Source of the DNA: Acidimicrobiia bacterium
Lineage (GTDB): Bacteria; Actinomycetota; Acidimicrobiia; Spongiisociales; ZC4RG35
DNA length: 64,000 bases
Assembly (NCBI GenBank): GCA_035620735.1
Contig: DASPGH010000095.1
Location: 3,484-67,483 of the forward strand
Reading direction: 5' to 3'
The position numbers were made by a program, and so were the translations under genes. Every line of letters starts with the position of its first letter. The first letter of the stretch is position 1. Under the pieces are notes generated by a model. It saw nothing but the letters and a program-made list of their open reading frames with translations, searched no databases and was not told the DNA's origin. This document shows positions 1-11,320 of this stretch, piece after piece.

Positions 1-2365
1 TCTTGAGACCCGCCTTCATGGCATCTGTCACCTTCTCGGTGGCCTCGGTCCAGATCTCGATCAACTCCTGACGACGCTCGTCGTCGGTGACAACGCCTTT
101 GGCGAACAGATTCTGCACCTTCTCGGCCCGCTCCTCGTACTCGGCGAGGATCTCAGCCTTGTCGGCCGGGGTCCTCACGTCGTCGAGGGCGATGGTGAGA
201 CCGGCACGGGTGGCGAACTGGAAGCCCAGCTCCTTGATCCCGTCGAGAGTCGCGGCCACGGCCGAACGCGGATAGCGCTCGATGATGGTCTCGATGAGCA
301 GTTTGATGTCGCTCTTGATCACCGCCGAGTTGATGTAGGGGAAGTCCTCGGGGAAGGCAGTGTTCAGCAGGGCACGACCCAACGTGGTGTCGGTCAGGGC
401 CTTGGGGTCGACCGGCTCGTCGTTGATCAGCTTCTTGAGGGTCTGCTTCAGGTCGGTGTGCGTCTCCGGGTCACCACCCAGCTCGCCGAGTCGGAGCCTG
501 ATGGGAGCGTGGAGTGACAATTCCCCGATCTCGTAGGCCATCAGAGCCTCGTCGATATCGGCGAAGGTGCGCCCGGCGCCCTTGGCGTCTTCGACGCACT
601 CTGACAGATAGAAGATGCCGATGACCATGTCCTGAGACGGTGTCACGATCGGCCGACCTGAGGCGGGTGACAGCACGTTGTTCGACGACAGCATGAGCAC
701 CCGGGCCTCGGCCTGTGCCTCAGCGGACAGTGGCAGGTGGACCGCCATCTGGTCACCGTCGAAGTCGGCATTGAATGCCTCACAGACGAGGGGATGGATC
801 TGGATTGCCTTGCCCTCGACGAGCACTGGCTCAAACGCCTGGATCCCAAGACGGTGCAGCGTCGGAGCACGGTTGAGGAGCACCGGATGCTCCTGGATGA
901 CGTCACTGAGCACATCCCAGACCTGGGGACGCTGACGCTCCACCATCCGCTTCGCAGCTTTGATGTTCTGGGCGAGGTCGAGATCGACCAGACGTTTCAT
1001 GACGAAGGGCTTGAACAGCTCGAGGGCCATGATCTTGGGAAGACCGCACTGGTGCAACTTGAGCTGCGGTCCCACCACGATCACCGATCGACCTGAGTAG
1101 TCGACCCGCTTGCCGAGCAGGTTCTGGCGGAACCGACCCTGTTTCCCCTTGAGCATGTCTGACAACGACTTGAGAGCGCGGTTTCCCGGCCCGGTCACCG
1201 CACGGCCCCGGCGCCCATTGTCGAACAGTGCGTCGACGGCCTCCTGAAGCATGCGCTTTTCGTTGTTGACGATTATCTCGGGGGCACCGAGGTCCAACAG
1301 CCTCTTGAGACGGTTGTTCCTGTTGATCACCCTGCGGTAGAGATCATTCAGGTCGGATGTGGCGAATCGGCCACCATCGAGCTGCACCATCGGGCGCAGG
1401 TCCGGTGGGATGACCGGGACGGTCTCGAGGATCATGTCCTCGGGACGGTTCTGACCCTCCCAGAAGGGCTTGACCACCTTCATCCGCTGGGTGGCGCGCT
1501 GACGACGCTGCTGTGAGGAGCCGTTGAGGTTCTCTTCGAGCTTGTCCATCTCGGCGTCGAGATCCAGCGCGGTCAGCAGGGTCTTGACCGCCTCGGCGCC
1601 CATGCCTCCCTCGAAGTAGTCGGCGTAACGGAAGTAGATCTCGCGCCAGAGCTGCTCGGACTCGATGAGCTGCTTGGGGCCCATGGTGCGGAACGTGCTG
1701 AACGCCTCCTCGATCAACTCGATCTCGCGATTGGTGCGCTCTTCGCGCTCCTTGATCTCCTTCTCTACTTCCTTGCGGCGGGCGTTGATCTCCTGAGTCT
1801 TTGCACCGCCCTCCTCCATGCGCTCGAGCTCGTCCTCGAGTGCTTCGAGACGGACCTCGTGCCACTCCTTGAACTCGCTCTTCACCACTTCGATCTCGTC
1901 GCCCATAGCTTCCTCGAGCTCAGGCAGGTCCTTCTGGCGGGACTCGTCGTTGACCGAGGTGACGATGTAGCTGGCGAAGTAGATGACCTTCTCCAACTCC
2001 TTCGGCGACATGTCGAGGAGATAGCCGAGACGGCTGGGCACACCCTTGAAGAACCAGATGTGAGTCACGGGAGCGGCGAGCTCGATATGGCCCATGCGTT
2101 CGCGACGCACCTTGGAGCGAGTTACCTCGACACCACAGCGTTCGCAGATGATCCCCTTGTAGCGGATCCTCTTGTACTTGCCGCAATAGCACTCCCAGTC
2201 CCGCTGAGGACCGAAGATGCGCTCGTCGAAGAGACCCTCCTTCTCGGGACGGAGGGTTCTGTAATTGATCGTCTCCGGCTTCTTCACCTCTCCGTATGAC
2301 CAAGCGCGAACCTGGTCGTTGGAGGCGAGGCCGATTCTCAGTTCATCGAATATCTGGGCAGGCAT
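1..2365 (-). CDS. rpoC: DNA-directed RNA polymerase subunit beta' (N-terminal ~788 codons; 3' end runs off the window)
   Basis: Hand translation from ATG at 2365 gives [81 protein letters not shown]..., the canonical beta' N-terminus with its zinc-finger motif. It lies directly downstream of rpoB. There is no stop before position 1, which is why it is absent from the ORF track. Confidence 0.95.
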   Translation of the reverse strand, partial: MPAQIFDELRIGLASNDQVRAWSYGEVKKPETINYRTLRPEKEGLFDERIFGPQRDWECYCGKYKRIRYKGIICERCGVEVTRSKVRRERMGHIELAAPVTHIWFFKGVPSRLGYLLDMSPKELEKVIYFASYIVTSVNDESRQKDLPELEEAMGDEIEVVKSEFKEWHEVRLEALEDELERMEEGGAKTQEINARRKEVEKEIKEREERTNREIELIEEAFSTFRTMGPKQLIESEQLWREIYFRYADYFEGGMGAEAVKTLLTALDLDAEMDKLEENLNGSSQQRRQRATQRMKVVKPFWEGQNRPEDMILETVPVIPPDLRPMVQLDGGRFATSDLNDLYRRVINRNNRLKRLLDLGAPEIIVNNEKRMLQEAVDALFDNGRRGRAVTGPGNRALKSLSDMLKGKQGRFRQNLLGKRVDYSGRSVIVVGPQLKLHQCGLPKIMALELFKPFVMKRLVDLDLAQNIKAAKRMVERQRPQVWDVLSDVIQEHPVLLNRAPTLHRLGIQAFEPVLVEGKAIQIHPLVCEAFNADFDGDQMAVHLPLSAEAQAEARVLMLSSNNVLSPASGRPIVTPSQDMVIGIFYLSECVEDAKGAGRTFADIDEALMAYEIGELSLHAPIRLRLGELGGDPETHTDLKQTLKKLINDEPVDPKALTDTTLGRALLNTAFPEDFPYINSAVIKSDIKLLIETIIERYPRSAVAATLDGIKELGFQFATRAGLTIALDDVRTPADKAEILAEYEERAEKVQNLFAKGVVTDDERRQELIEIWTEATEKVTDAMKAGLK

Positions 2366-2547
2366 ATTTCTATCGGCGGACTTTGGTCGAGGGTCTCCTC
2401 GCGTCCACACTCATCTCCTTCCGGGGATCAACCTCACTCGGGCGGCTCACGGTGGATCCGACGCCCAGACAGACGCCGGTCCGCCGAGGCTGCCGCTCGG
2501 TAGCTACGTAATCCTTTGAATCTGCGAGCACTCTTGACAACAAACCG

Positions 2548-5500
2548 CTATTCCGAGTCAGGACGCTCGGGGCGGCTGAGGTCGATGCCGAGGGTCTCCA
2601 CCGACCGGTAGGTGTCTTCCTCGAGCTCACGGAGCTCGACTTCCTCACCGGCTGAGAGCATCTCGACGTTGAGACCGAGGCTCTGCATCTCCTTCACCAG
2701 CACCCGGAACGACTCCGGGATCCCCGGCTCGGGGATGTTGTCGCCCTTGACTATTGCCTCGTAGACCTTGACCCGTCCCTGAACGTCGTCGGATTTGATG
2801 GTGAGCAGCTCCTGGAGGGCATAAGCGGCGCCATACGCCTCGAGTGCCCACACCTCCATCTCACCGAATCGCTGCCCTCCGAACTGAGCCTTACCACCAA
2901 GGGGCTGTTGGGTGATCATGCTGTAGGGGCCGGTCGACCGGGCGTGGATCTTCTCATCGACGAGGTGGACCAGTTTCAGCATGTAGATGTAACCCACGGT
3001 CACCGCGGTGTCGAAGGGCTCGCCGGTGCGACCGTCGTAGAGGACTGCTTTTCCGTCCTCACCTACGAGCTGATCGCCATCCCTGTTGGGGAGGGCGTTG
3101 GCGATGACCTTCATGATCTCGTCCTCGCGGGCGCCGTCGAAGACCGGCGTTGCCGTCTTGGTCCAGGGCTTGGCGCCCGGGGCCGCCGGTGACGCACCGG
3201 TGAACTCCTGCCAACCCTGTGCTGCAGCCCATCCGAGATGAGTCTCCAGCACCTGACCGAGGTTCATGCGACTGGGCACACCAAGCGGGGAGAGGATGAT
3301 GTCCACCGGAGTGCCGTCCGCCAGGAAGGGCATCTCCTCTTCGGGCAGCACCTTGGAAATCACTCCCTTGTTGCCGTGACGTCCGGCCAGCTTGTCACCT
3401 TCGGAGATCTTGCGTTGGGTGGCGACATAGATTCGGACCAGTTCGTTGACACCGGGGCTGAGGTCGAATCCGTCCTCGCGCTTGAACACCTTGACGGCGA
3501 TCACCTTGCCGGTCTCACCGTGCGGCACCTTGAGTGACGTGTCACGAACCTCGCGCGCCTTCTCTCCGAAAATGGCCCTGAGCAGACGCTCCTCCGGGGT
3601 CAACTCGGTCTCACCCTTGGGCGTGACCTTCCCGACCAGGTAGTCACCAGGACCGACCTCGGCCCCGACCCGGATGATGCCCTCGTCGTCGAGGTTGGCC
3701 AGGACCTCCTCGGGGACATTGGGGATATCCCGGGTGATCTCCTCGGCACCAAGCTTGGTGTCGCGGGCATCGATCTCGTGCTCCTCGATATGAATCGAGG
3801 TCAGGACGTCGTCCTTGACGAGACGCTCCGAGATGATGATGGCGTCCTCGAAGTTGTGGCCCTGCCACGGCATGAAGGCGACCAGGAGGTTGCGGCCGAG
3901 CGCGAGCTCGCCCGCCTCGGTCGACGGGCCATCGGCAAGGACGTCACCCACTTTGACCTTGTCGCCGGCCGAGACGACCGGCTTTTGGTTCATGCAGGTG
4001 CCCTGGTTCGATCGTTTGAACTTGTCGAGGGTGAACGTGTGCTTCTTGTTGGCACTTTTCTCCTTGACCACGATCTCATCGCCGGTCACCTCGACGACTT
4101 CGCCTTCGACCGGAGACACGATCATGTCACCGGAGTCCTGAGCGGCACGAGCCTCGACACCGGTTCCAACAAGCGGTGACTCGGCCGTCAGCAGTGGCAC
4201 AGCCTGACGCTGCATGTTCGAGCCCATAAGGGCGCGATTGGCGTCATCGTGCTCAAGGAATGGGATGAGTGAGGTGGAAACCGAGACGATCTGCTTCGGG
4301 GAGACGTCCATGTAGTCAACGAGCTTGGCCTCCACCGTCTCGACCTCGGCTCCGCGGCGAACCAACACCCGCTTGTTGACGAAGGAGCCGTCGTCGTCGA
4401 GGGGGGCGTTGGCCTGCGCGATGACATAGCGCTCCTCCTCGGTGGCCGTGAGGTAGTCGACCTTGTCGGAGACCTTCCCGTCCTCCACCTTCCGATAGGG
4501 GGTCTCGATGAACCCGAAGTCGTTGACCCGGGCGTAGCAGGCCAGTGAGCCGATGAGTCCGATGTTCGGGCCTTCCGGTGTCTCGATCGGGCACATGCGT
4601 CCGTAGTGAGACGGGTGGACGTCGCGTACCTCGAACCCCGCCCGCTCACGGCTGAGGCCCCCGGGGCCCAAGGCGTTGAGCCGTCGACGATGGGTGAGCC
4701 CCGCCAGGGGGTTGGGTTGATCCATGAATTGGCTGAGTTGGCTGGTGCCGAAGAACTCCTTGATCGCGGCCGTGACGGGCCTGATGTTGATCAGACTCTG
4801 TGGTGTGATCGCATCGGGGTCCTGGGTAGTCATCCGCTCACGGACCACACGCTCGAGACGGGTCAAACCGACCCGAACCTGGTTCTGCACCAACTCACCC
4901 ACGGTGCGGATGCGACGGTTGCCAAAGTGGTCGATGTCATCGGTCGAGATCGAGATCTCGTTGCCCTGGTGCGTCTTCATGGTGCCCTGGCCGGCGTGGA
5001 GGGCCACCAGGTATCTGATGGCGTCGAGGATGTCCTCGTCGCGCAGCATCTGCAGACCCTCGGCGCGATAGTCCTTGGGTGCGTCCTCGCCGAACTTCTG
5101 AGCGATCTTGTAGCGTCCGACTCTCGTCAGGTCGTAGCGCTTGGCGTTGCGGAACAGAGTCTGGATGAGACCGCGCGCCGACTCCACCGTGGTCGGCTCG
5201 CCGGGTCGGAGCTTGCGGTACAGGTCGAGAAGCGCCTCTTCCTTGTCGGCGTTGGTGTCCTTCTCGATCGTGTTCTTGATCGACTCGGCGTGGCCGAACA
5301 TCTCGAGGATCTCTTCGTCTGTCTCCGCGATGCCGAGAGCCTTGATGAAGGCAGTCACGTACTGACGACGCTTGCGGTCGACACGAACACCGATGGTGTC
5401 TTTCTTGTCTGTGTCGAATTCGAGCCAGGCTCCACGGCCGGGAATGATCTTCCCGGAGTAGATCATCTTGTCCGACGTCTTGTCCTTCGTGACGTCGTAG

Positions 5501-5916
5501 TAGATGCCCGGCGAGCGGACCAACTGGGAGACGATGACTCTCTCGGTGCCGTTGATGACGAAGACGCCCTTGTCGGTCATGATCGGGAAATCACCGAGGA
5601 AGACCTGCTGCTCTTTGATCTCACCGGTCCCCCGGTTCATGAACCGGGCGGTGACGAATAGGGGTTGGGCGTAGTTGGCATCTCTCTCTTGTGCCTCCTC
5701 CAGGGTCATCTGGGGCTCGCCGAACCGGTGGTCGGTGAGCTCGAGGGCGAGGGAGCCGGTGAAATCCTCGATAGGGCTTATCTCTTCGAAGATCTCTCGA
5801 AGACCTTCATCGAGAAACCATTGAAAGGATTCATGCTGGACAGCCAGCAGGTTGGGTAGCGGCAGAACCTCGGGGATCTTCCCGAAGGAGAATCGCTCAG
5901 CCACGCGCGAAGTCAA
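2548..5916 (-). CDS. rpoB: DNA-directed RNA polymerase subunit beta
   Basis: 1122-aa ORF with hallmark beta-subunit motifs ([53 protein letters not shown]) in the conserved rpoB-rpoC order. Confidence 0.97.
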   Translation of the reverse strand: MTSRVAERFSFGKIPEVLPLPNLLAVQHESFQWFLDEGLREIFEEISPIEDFTGSLALELTDHRFGEPQMTLEEAQERDANYAQPLFVTARFMNRGTGEIKEQQVFLGDFPIMTDKGVFVINGTERVIVSQLVRSPGIYYDVTKDKTSDKMIYSGKIIPGRGAWLEFDTDKKDTIGVRVDRKRRQYVTAFIKALGIAETDEEILEMFGHAESIKNTIEKDTNADKEEALLDLYRKLRPGEPTTVESARGLIQTLFRNAKRYDLTRVGRYKIAQKFGEDAPKDYRAEGLQMLRDEDILDAIRYLVALHAGQGTMKTHQGNEISISTDDIDHFGNRRIRTVGELVQNQVRVGLTRLERVVRERMTTQDPDAITPQSLINIRPVTAAIKEFFGTSQLSQFMDQPNPLAGLTHRRRLNALGPGGLSRERAGFEVRDVHPSHYGRMCPIETPEGPNIGLIGSLACYARVNDFGFIETPYRKVEDGKVSDKVDYLTATEEERYVIAQANAPLDDDGSFVNKRVLVRRGAEVETVEAKLVDYMDVSPKQIVSVSTSLIPFLEHDDANRALMGSNMQRQAVPLLTAESPLVGTGVEARAAQDSGDMIVSPVEGEVVEVTGDEIVVKEKSANKKHTFTLDKFKRSNQGTCMNQKPVVSAGDKVKVGDVLADGPSTEAGELALGRNLLVAFMPWQGHNFEDAIIISERLVKDDVLTSIHIEEHEIDARDTKLGAEEITRDIPNVPEEVLANLDDEGIIRVGAEVGPGDYLVGKVTPKGETELTPEERLLRAIFGEKAREVRDTSLKVPHGETGKVIAVKVFKREDGFDLSPGVNELVRIYVATQRKISEGDKLAGRHGNKGVISKVLPEEEMPFLADGTPVDIILSPLGVPSRMNLGQVLETHLGWAAAQGWQEFTGASPAAPGAKPWTKTATPVFDGAREDEIMKVIANALPNRDGDQLVGEDGKAVLYDGRTGEPFDTAVTVGYIYMLKLVHLVDEKIHARSTGPYSMITQQPLGGKAQFGGQRFGEMEVWALEAYGAAYALQELLTIKSDDVQGRVKVYEAIVKGDNIPEPGIPESFRVLVKEMQSLGLNVEMLSAGEEVELRELEEDTYRSVETLGIDLSRPERPDSE

Positions 5917-6225
5917 GGGGTGCCTCCTTGAGGTGGTGGATGGTCAGGGGGTAACGCAAGAAAGGACATGTTAGCACCCGCGCGAACATGTCCCCAATCG
6001 GGTCTTTGAGTTGTCGAAGCGACCCGGCATCTTACGCGATCCGGGGCGATCCGGAGCCCGAGGGCTCGTCGGTCACTCTATCGTATGTGCGCGAAATGCG
6101 TCAAGGGTCTCCGTCAACGCCGGGCGCGAATCCGTCATCGGAACCAACAGGTGGAGACGGCGCCGACATAGATCCTCACCGGAGATCCGAGGTTGTCGTC
6201 GTGCGCCACATAGCATGTTGCGCTC

Positions 6226-7890
6226 GTGGCCAGGCATCGGGATAGAACAAACGGCTGGCTGTGGGTCCTCCCCGCGCTGCTCATACCTGTGGTCGTCGCC
6301 TCTGTTGCATGGACCGCCCATGTGTCCAGTGAGGGCAGGACGGTGGCACCCAACGTGACGTTTGCAGGGCTCGACATCTCTGGATTGAGCCCGAGCGGTG
6401 TGGCCGAGCACGTCCGGGATCGCGAGCTCGATTTGTTGAGCACACCAGTGATCGTCGACCTCGGAGAGCGACGGGTGGTCATGACCGCCGACGAGGTCGG
6501 CTACGACTACCTCTACAACGAGACCGTCACCGAGGTCGTCTCGGCCCGACATGGCGACGGTGCCTGGACTGAGTTCGTGGCCTGGGCGGCCACCCCGTTC
6601 TCCACGATTTCGATCGAGGACCGTTACGTACTCGACGAGGACGACGCCCGTGACAGGCTGTCCCGCGATGACTTCGTCCTGGCCGACCCGGTCGAACCAT
6701 CGATCGCTATGGGCGATTCGATGGTCGAACTCGAGCCCGGTGTCGATGGGGTGGGTATCGATGTCGACGCATTGATCGACACCCTCGCGATTGCCGACGT
6801 GGCGAGCGGTGTCGTCGACGTGGAAGCCGAACTGGTGCCGATCGCCCCCAACGTATCCGACGACGTCGCTACGGAAGTAGTCGAAGACATCAATGTGCTG
6901 ACTCGTCCCGGGTTCCTCGCCATTGCCGGCGACCGGTCCGCCCACCTGACCCCGGAGCAGGTTCGAAGCCACCTCCAGTCCACCACCGACGATGAGATGA
7001 GGATCTCACTCGACATGTCTGGCTTTCAAGAGACACTGGAGGCCAGATTCCCCGAGCCCATAGGTGAGTTGGTCCCACCTGAGCTCGAGGTGGTCGACGG
7101 TGAGGTCGTCATGGTGTCCGCAGGTGAGCCACCTCAGGTCTGTTGCTCCCGGGAATCCGTGGAGAGGGCAGCGATGGACTATCTCAGCGGTGGCCCGTCA
7201 TGGCACGTGATCGAGACCAGGACCTCGACCGAGGAGCCGCACATCGCCTGGGCCAACGGGACGAATGTGACACAGCCAGTGGCCCAATTCACCACATATC
7301 ACGCTTGCTGTGAGAACAGAGTGGTCAACATCCAGACGATCGCCGACAAGCTGACCGGCAAATATCTCATCCCCGGAGAGACCCTCTCCCTCAACGAGTT
7401 CGTCGGGCCCCGGACCAGTGAGAAGGGTTACGTGCCGGCCGGCGCCATCCGGGGCGGGCACATGACAGATGAGGTCGGCGGTGGTGTGTCACAGTTCGTC
7501 ACCACCATCTTCAACGCCGCCTTCTTCGCCGGTCTGGATCTGGACGAATACCAGAGCCACTCGGTCTACTTCTCCCGTTATCCATTCGGGAGGGAGGCCA
7601 CACTCTCGGTCCCGGGCCCGGACCTGGTGATCACAAACAACACCGACCATCCAGTGCTCATCTGGCCCACCTACACGCCCACCTCGATCACAGTGACCTT
7701 CTACTCCACCCCCAACGTCGAGGTCGAGGAACTCGATCAACGGGTCTCGTTCCGCAACCAATGCCGGCACTCGCAGATCGATCGGCAGCGGACCTTCTCC
7801 GACGGCCGGGTCGTGGTCGACACGATCGTGGCCAACTATCGACCGGGCGACGGTCTCGACTGCAGCGGGAATGTGATTCCGGAGCGCTGA
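6226..7890 (+). CDS. VanW-domain protein with N-terminal membrane anchor
   Basis: GTG start, followed by a TM helix (WLWVLPALLIPVVVASVAW). The C-terminal region (YVPAGAIRGGHMTDEVGGGVSQFVTTIFNAAFFAGLD..YQSHSVYFSRYPFGREATL) matches my recollection of the VanW family. Confidence 0.75.
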   Translation: MARHRDRTNGWLWVLPALLIPVVVASVAWTAHVSSEGRTVAPNVTFAGLDISGLSPSGVAEHVRDRELDLLSTPVIVDLGERRVVMTADEVGYDYLYNETVTEVVSARHGDGAWTEFVAWAATPFSTISIEDRYVLDEDDARDRLSRDDFVLADPVEPSIAMGDSMVELEPGVDGVGIDVDALIDTLAIADVASGVVDVEAELVPIAPNVSDDVATEVVEDINVLTRPGFLAIAGDRSAHLTPEQVRSHLQSTTDDEMRISLDMSGFQETLEARFPEPIGELVPPELEVVDGEVVMVSAGEPPQVCCSRESVERAAMDYLSGGPSWHVIETRTSTEEPHIAWANGTNVTQPVAQFTTYHACCENRVVNIQTIADKLTGKYLIPGETLSLNEFVGPRTSEKGYVPAGAIRGGHMTDEVGGGVSQFVTTIFNAAFFAGLDLDEYQSHSVYFSRYPFGREATLSVPGPDLVITNNTDHPVLIWPTYTPTSITVTFYSTPNVEVEELDQRVSFRNQCRHSQIDRQRTFSDGRVVVDTIVANYRPGDGLDCSGNVIPER

Positions 7891-7942
7891 GTCGTGAGTC
7901 CGCGCTGATCGAGCCGAGCCGACCCGGCGCTCTAGCCCTGAA

Positions 7943-8827
7943 TCAGGAGAGATCGAGAACCGCTCGTAGCGTGGTCTCCCCGATTCGCTCCATCGACGGG
8001 TTGTCCGCCGAGCTGGCGACATAGGCGAGACCGAGCGAGATCGCCCACCCCCTGGCCCGAAGACGCAGCGAATCCCCCGACGGGCCGTAGGCCTCCCAAA
8101 ACCCATCCTGAAAGTCTGACGCCAGGCTCCAGGCGACGGCCAGATCGGTTGCAGGATCCCCCGCCGTGATGTCACCAAAGTCGATAACACCCGCCAGGAC
8201 TCGGTCGGCGACGAGGAGGTTCTGGGGGTGAAGATCGCCGTGGATCCAAACCGGAGATCCCTCGAATAGATCTGCGGATAGCGCTTCGGCCCACAACCGG
8301 GCGAGACGTCCTCGGGCTCGCCGGTCGGCGACGGCATCGAGTCGTTGCCGGGTCGCCGCGTCCCGGTCGGTGAGGGGCCCACCGCGATACGGGTTGGCCG
8401 GCGCCTCGGACGGAGCCACCTGATGGAGTTGCTTCAGGAAATCGCCGATCTGCTCCGAGCAACGGGCAACGTCGAAGGCGGTCACCTCACCGGCGGGCTG
8501 CCCGGGAATGAAGGGGGTGATGAGCCAGCGCCATGGATAGCGGTCCATGGGCTCACCGACGAACTCGGGCGTGGGGACGGGAAGGGGCAGATCGGGAGCG
8601 AGCTCTGGAAGCCATCTCGCCTCATTCTCGATCAACCCGGCTGCGATGGCTCGTCTCGGCAAACGGGCGACGTGGTCGTCGCCGATGCGAAATGAGAAGT
8701 TGTCCCAGCCAAAAGCCAAGGGGCGTATCTCCAACCGGGCTAGATCGGGTCGCTGGGCATCGAGAAGGACGCGAACGAGCCCGACGTCGACCTCGATGTC
8801 GGCAGCCGGCATCTTCTGACGCGACAC
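7943..8827 (-). CDS. aminoglycoside/choline-kinase-type phosphotransferase (APH family)
   Basis: Brenner/APH catalytic motifs IHGDLHPQNLLV and VIDFGDITAGDPATDLA. Confidence 0.8.
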   Translation of the reverse strand: MSRQKMPAADIEVDVGLVRVLLDAQRPDLARLEIRPLAFGWDNFSFRIGDDHVARLPRRAIAAGLIENEARWLPELAPDLPLPVPTPEFVGEPMDRYPWRWLITPFIPGQPAGEVTAFDVARCSEQIGDFLKQLHQVAPSEAPANPYRGGPLTDRDAATRQRLDAVADRRARGRLARLWAEALSADLFEGSPVWIHGDLHPQNLLVADRVLAGVIDFGDITAGDPATDLAVAWSLASDFQDGFWEAYGPSGDSLRLRARGWAISLGLAYVASSADNPSMERIGETTLRAVLDLS

Positions 8828-8830
8828 CGA

Positions 8831-8977
8831 TCAGTCTGCCATCGCGGTCAGACCCTCAACGACCGGATCGTCCCCGAAGCCGAGCACATTGAAGACGATC
8901 AGCACAAGGGCGAAGACCACCGCAGCGATGATGAGCCCCATGACCCAGGCTGGGACTCGCTTGCTGTGACGCGCCAT
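8831..8977 (-). CDS. small single-pass membrane protein (48 aa)
   Basis: ATG at 8977 gives MARHSKRVPAWVMGLIIAAVVFALVLIVFNVLGFGDDPVVEGLTAMAD. It sits between the cupin and APH genes with 3-22 nt gaps. The longer 94-aa ORF start is unlikely. Confidence 0.4.
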   Translation of the reverse strand: MARHSKRVPAWVMGLIIAAVVFALVLIVFNVLGFGDDPVVEGLTAMAD

Positions 8978-8999
8978 TGGCGCGCACTCTAGGGCCGGT

Positions 9000-9323
9000 C
9001 TAGCCGGTCCCGGTCTTGGCCCCGCAGAAGATCGCCCAGACCGCGAAATCGGGAGTGAAGTCCTCGAACTGGTGTGGGGTCCCACCCGGGGCGAAGATGA
9101 GATCTCCGGGCCCAAAGGGCTCTCTTTCGCCCTCCATCGAGAAAAAACCCGACCCGTTCAAAACCACATAGAACTCGTCCTGGTCGTGTGCTTTCTGGTC
9201 ATCTGTCTCGTGAGGGGCATACATCCCCGCACTGAGTTCGCCGTGGCTGAAGACTTCCGCGTATCTCTCATCGCTGGCTAATGACGCCAGCGCCATCTTG
9301 TATGACAACACTTGCTGGCTCAT
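9000..9323 (-). CDS. cupin-domain protein
   Basis: 107-aa ORF with a cupin-like beta-barrel motif (HDQDEFYVVLNGSG...GDLIFAPGGTPHQFEDF). Confidence 0.65.
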   Translation of the reverse strand: MSQQVLSYKMALASLASDERYAEVFSHGELSAGMYAPHETDDQKAHDQDEFYVVLNGSGFFSMEGEREPFGPGDLIFAPGGTPHQFEDFTPDFAVWAIFCGAKTGTG

Positions 9324-9357
9324 CGAGACGATGGTACCGGCATCTGAGACGACAGCG

Positions 9358-9386
9358 CCCCGGTCGTCTTCGCGTTGCGACCGGGG
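9358..9386 (-). terminator. hairpin downstream of hsp20 (possible terminator)
   Basis: Perfect 9-bp inverted repeat ccccggtcg / cgaccgggg with an 11-nt loop, 19 nt after the hsp20 stop. There is no clear U-tract. Confidence 0.4.
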
Positions 9387-9404
9387 ACGCCGTCGTGTGC
9401 AGTA

Positions 9405-9818
9405 CTAGGCCTCGATGGCCTCCGGTGTGGAGTTGACCGTGATCTTGCGGGCCTTGGCGGTCTCCGCGATCGGGATCACGAGGGTGAGCACTCCGTGGTC
9501 GTAGCCGGCCTCGATGGCGTCCGTGTCGAGACTCTCACCGAGGAAGAACTGCCTCGAGAAAGTGCCGGTGGGACGCTCACTGAGAAGAACCTGGTCTTCG
9601 GAGCCGGCGTCCCATTTCCGCTCGGCCGAGACGGTCAGGGTGTTCTTCTCGACTTCGACGTCGACCGAATCGGGGTCTACACCCGGAAGGTCGATGTGGA
9701 GATAGAACCGATCATCTCGGCGATAAGCGTCAGCGGGCATGAAGTTGGTGCGACCATTTCCCCAGGCCTGACGGGAGAGCCGATCGAAGTCGGAGAATGG
9801 GTCGAAACGCATGAGCAT
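9405..9818 (-). CDS. Hsp20/alpha-crystallin small heat-shock protein
   Basis: Alpha-crystallin domain (DAYRRDDRFYLHIDLPGVDPDSVDVEVEKNTLTVSAER...GVLTLVIPIAE). The start was refined to ATG 9818 (MLMRFDPF), preceded by AAAGGAGGA 8 nt upstream. Confidence 0.9.
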   Translation of the reverse strand: MLMRFDPFSDFDRLSRQAWGNGRTNFMPADAYRRDDRFYLHIDLPGVDPDSVDVEVEKNTLTVSAERKWDAGSEDQVLLSERPTGTFSRQFFLGESLDTDAIEAGYDHGVLTLVIPIAETAKARKITVNSTPEAIEA

Positions 9819-9868
9819 GGTGCTTGTCCTCCTTTTACAGAACAAAGGCTGCGATGATTTTGCTTTCT

Positions 9869-9903
9869 ATTATGAAGCATGAAATCTGATATGTCAAATA
9901 TCA
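9869..9903 (-). promoter_or_regulatory. hsp20 promoter (-35 TTGACA, 17-nt spacer, -10 CATAAT) overlapped by palindrome TGATAT-N5-ATATCA
   Basis: Read on the minus strand, TTGACA lies at 9897..9892 and CATAAT at 9874..9869. The palindrome tgatatgtcaaatatca at 9887..9903 covers the -35. The site sits in a strikingly AT-rich 140-nt divergent intergenic region. Confidence 0.55.
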
Positions 9904-9986
9904 AATTTGATCATAGCAGCTCAGGCAGCATGAGATCGCCGGCGGCCTCACATGCCCGGCTCGACGCATCTTCTAACCTCTGAGCC

Positions 9987-10448
9987 GTGGCGAAACGCAG
10001 TGACAAGCGAAAGACCATCGGTTGGAGAGAGTGGGTTTCGCTCCCCGATCTCGGTGTCAAAGAACTCAAGGCCAAAGTCGACACCGGGGCAGACAACTCA
10101 TCGCTCCATGCTTTCGATCTCGAGCGTTTCGAGGAGAACGGACGTCAGATGGTGCGCTTCGACGTCCACCCCCATCAACGCAAGCGAAGACCGTCGATCC
10201 CGTGTGTGGCCGAGGTCGTGGGTGAGCGTATGGTGAAGAATCCAGGCGGACGCGCCGAGCGGAGACCGGTCATCCGGACGACACTCGTCGTTGCCGGTGA
10301 GGAGTTCGAGGCTCTGATAAATCTGACGACGAGGGACGAGATGACATTTCGCATGCTGCTCGGCAGGAGAACAGTTAGAGAGAACTTCGTCGTCGACCCG
10401 GGTCGAAGCTATCTCTGGGAACGGCCGACGAGGTCGGTGCCCGAGTGA
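9987..10448 (+). CDS. retropepsin-like aspartic endopeptidase (RimB-like; formerly annotated 'ATP-dependent zinc protease')
   Basis: The motif [28 protein letters not shown] is typical of the family found next to rimK. The stop overlaps the rimK start (10445). Confidence 0.7.
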   Translation: MAKRSDKRKTIGWREWVSLPDLGVKELKAKVDTGADNSSLHAFDLERFEENGRQMVRFDVHPHQRKRRPSIPCVAEVVGERMVKNPGGRAERRPVIRTTLVVAGEEFEALINLTTRDEMTFRMLLGRRTVRENFVVDPGRSYLWERPTRSVPE

Positions 10449-11320
10449 AGCTTGCCATCCTCTCTCGGGGAGCGTCGCTCTACTCGACCGCGCGTCTCAA
10501 GGAGGCGGCGCTCGACCGCGGTCACGAAGTCGCGATCGTCGACTACCTGCGCTGCTACATGGACATAACCGCTCGCCGCCCCAAGGTGCTCTACAAAGGT
10601 GAGGAGGTCAGACCCCACGCCGTGATCCCTCGTATCGGAGCGTCATACACGTTCTATGGGGCAGCGGTCGTCCGCCAGTTCGAGATGGCGGACGTCTTCA
10701 CCCTCAACAGCTCGGACGGGATCAGCCGCTCCCGGGACAAGCTCCGCTCGATGCAGATCCTCTCCCGGTCCGGTGTCGGGCTCCCCACGACGAGCTTTGC
10801 CCACTCCATTCAGGACATCGATGGACTCCTCGACGTGGTGGGTGGGACCCCCGTCGTCGTGAAGCTGCTCGAGGGCACGCAGGGTCTCGGCGTGGTCCTG
10901 GCGGAGACCAAGAAGGCCGCTGAGTCGGTGATTGGCGCCTTCAGACAACTCGACGCCAACATCCTGGTCCAGCAATTCATCAAGGAGGCGGGTGGCGCCG
11001 ACATCCGCGCCTTCGTCGTCGGTGGCAAGGTTGTCGCCGCCATGCGACGTCAGGGCGCCCCCGGTGACTTTCGCTCCAACCTCCACCGTGGCGGCCGGGC
11101 CGAGGTGATCAAGCTGAACCCGTCCGAGAGATCGACCGCAGTTCGGGCCGCCAAGAGCATGGGTCTCTCGGTGGCGGGTGTAGATCTCTTGCAGTCCGAC
11201 GAGGGCCCGATGGTGCTCGAGGTGAACTCGTCACCAGGCCTGGAAGGCATCGAGGGCGCCAGCGGCATCGACATCGCCGACCTGATACTCGAGTACATCG
11301 AAGACAACGTTGGTACCTGA
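10445..11320 (+). CDS. rimK: RimK-family ATP-grasp alpha-L-glutamate ligase (ribosomal protein S6 glutamyl ligase type)
   Basis: 291 aa with an ATP-grasp fold signature ([18 protein letters not shown]...[24 protein letters not shown]...NLHRGG...[24 protein letters not shown]). Confidence 0.9.
   Translation: MKLAILSRGASLYSTARLKEAALDRGHEVAIVDYLRCYMDITARRPKVLYKGEEVRPHAVIPRIGASYTFYGAAVVRQFEMADVFTLNSSDGISRSRDKLRSMQILSRSGVGLPTTSFAHSIQDIDGLLDVVGGTPVVVKLLEGTQGLGVVLAETKKAAESVIGAFRQLDANILVQQFIKEAGGADIRAFVVGGKVVAAMRRQGAPGDFRSNLHRGGRAEVIKLNPSERSTAVRAAKSMGLSVAGVDLLQSDEGPMVLEVNSSPGLEGIEGASGIDIADLILEYIEDNVGT

Noticed and set aside
4606-5661. 351-aa plus-strand ORF, with several 90-150 aa ORFs, inside the rpoB region
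   Set aside because: It is antisense to a securely identified rpoB. Its composition is Arg/Gly/Asp/Leu-rich shadow-frame sequence typical of high-GC DNA, and it has no recognisable motifs.
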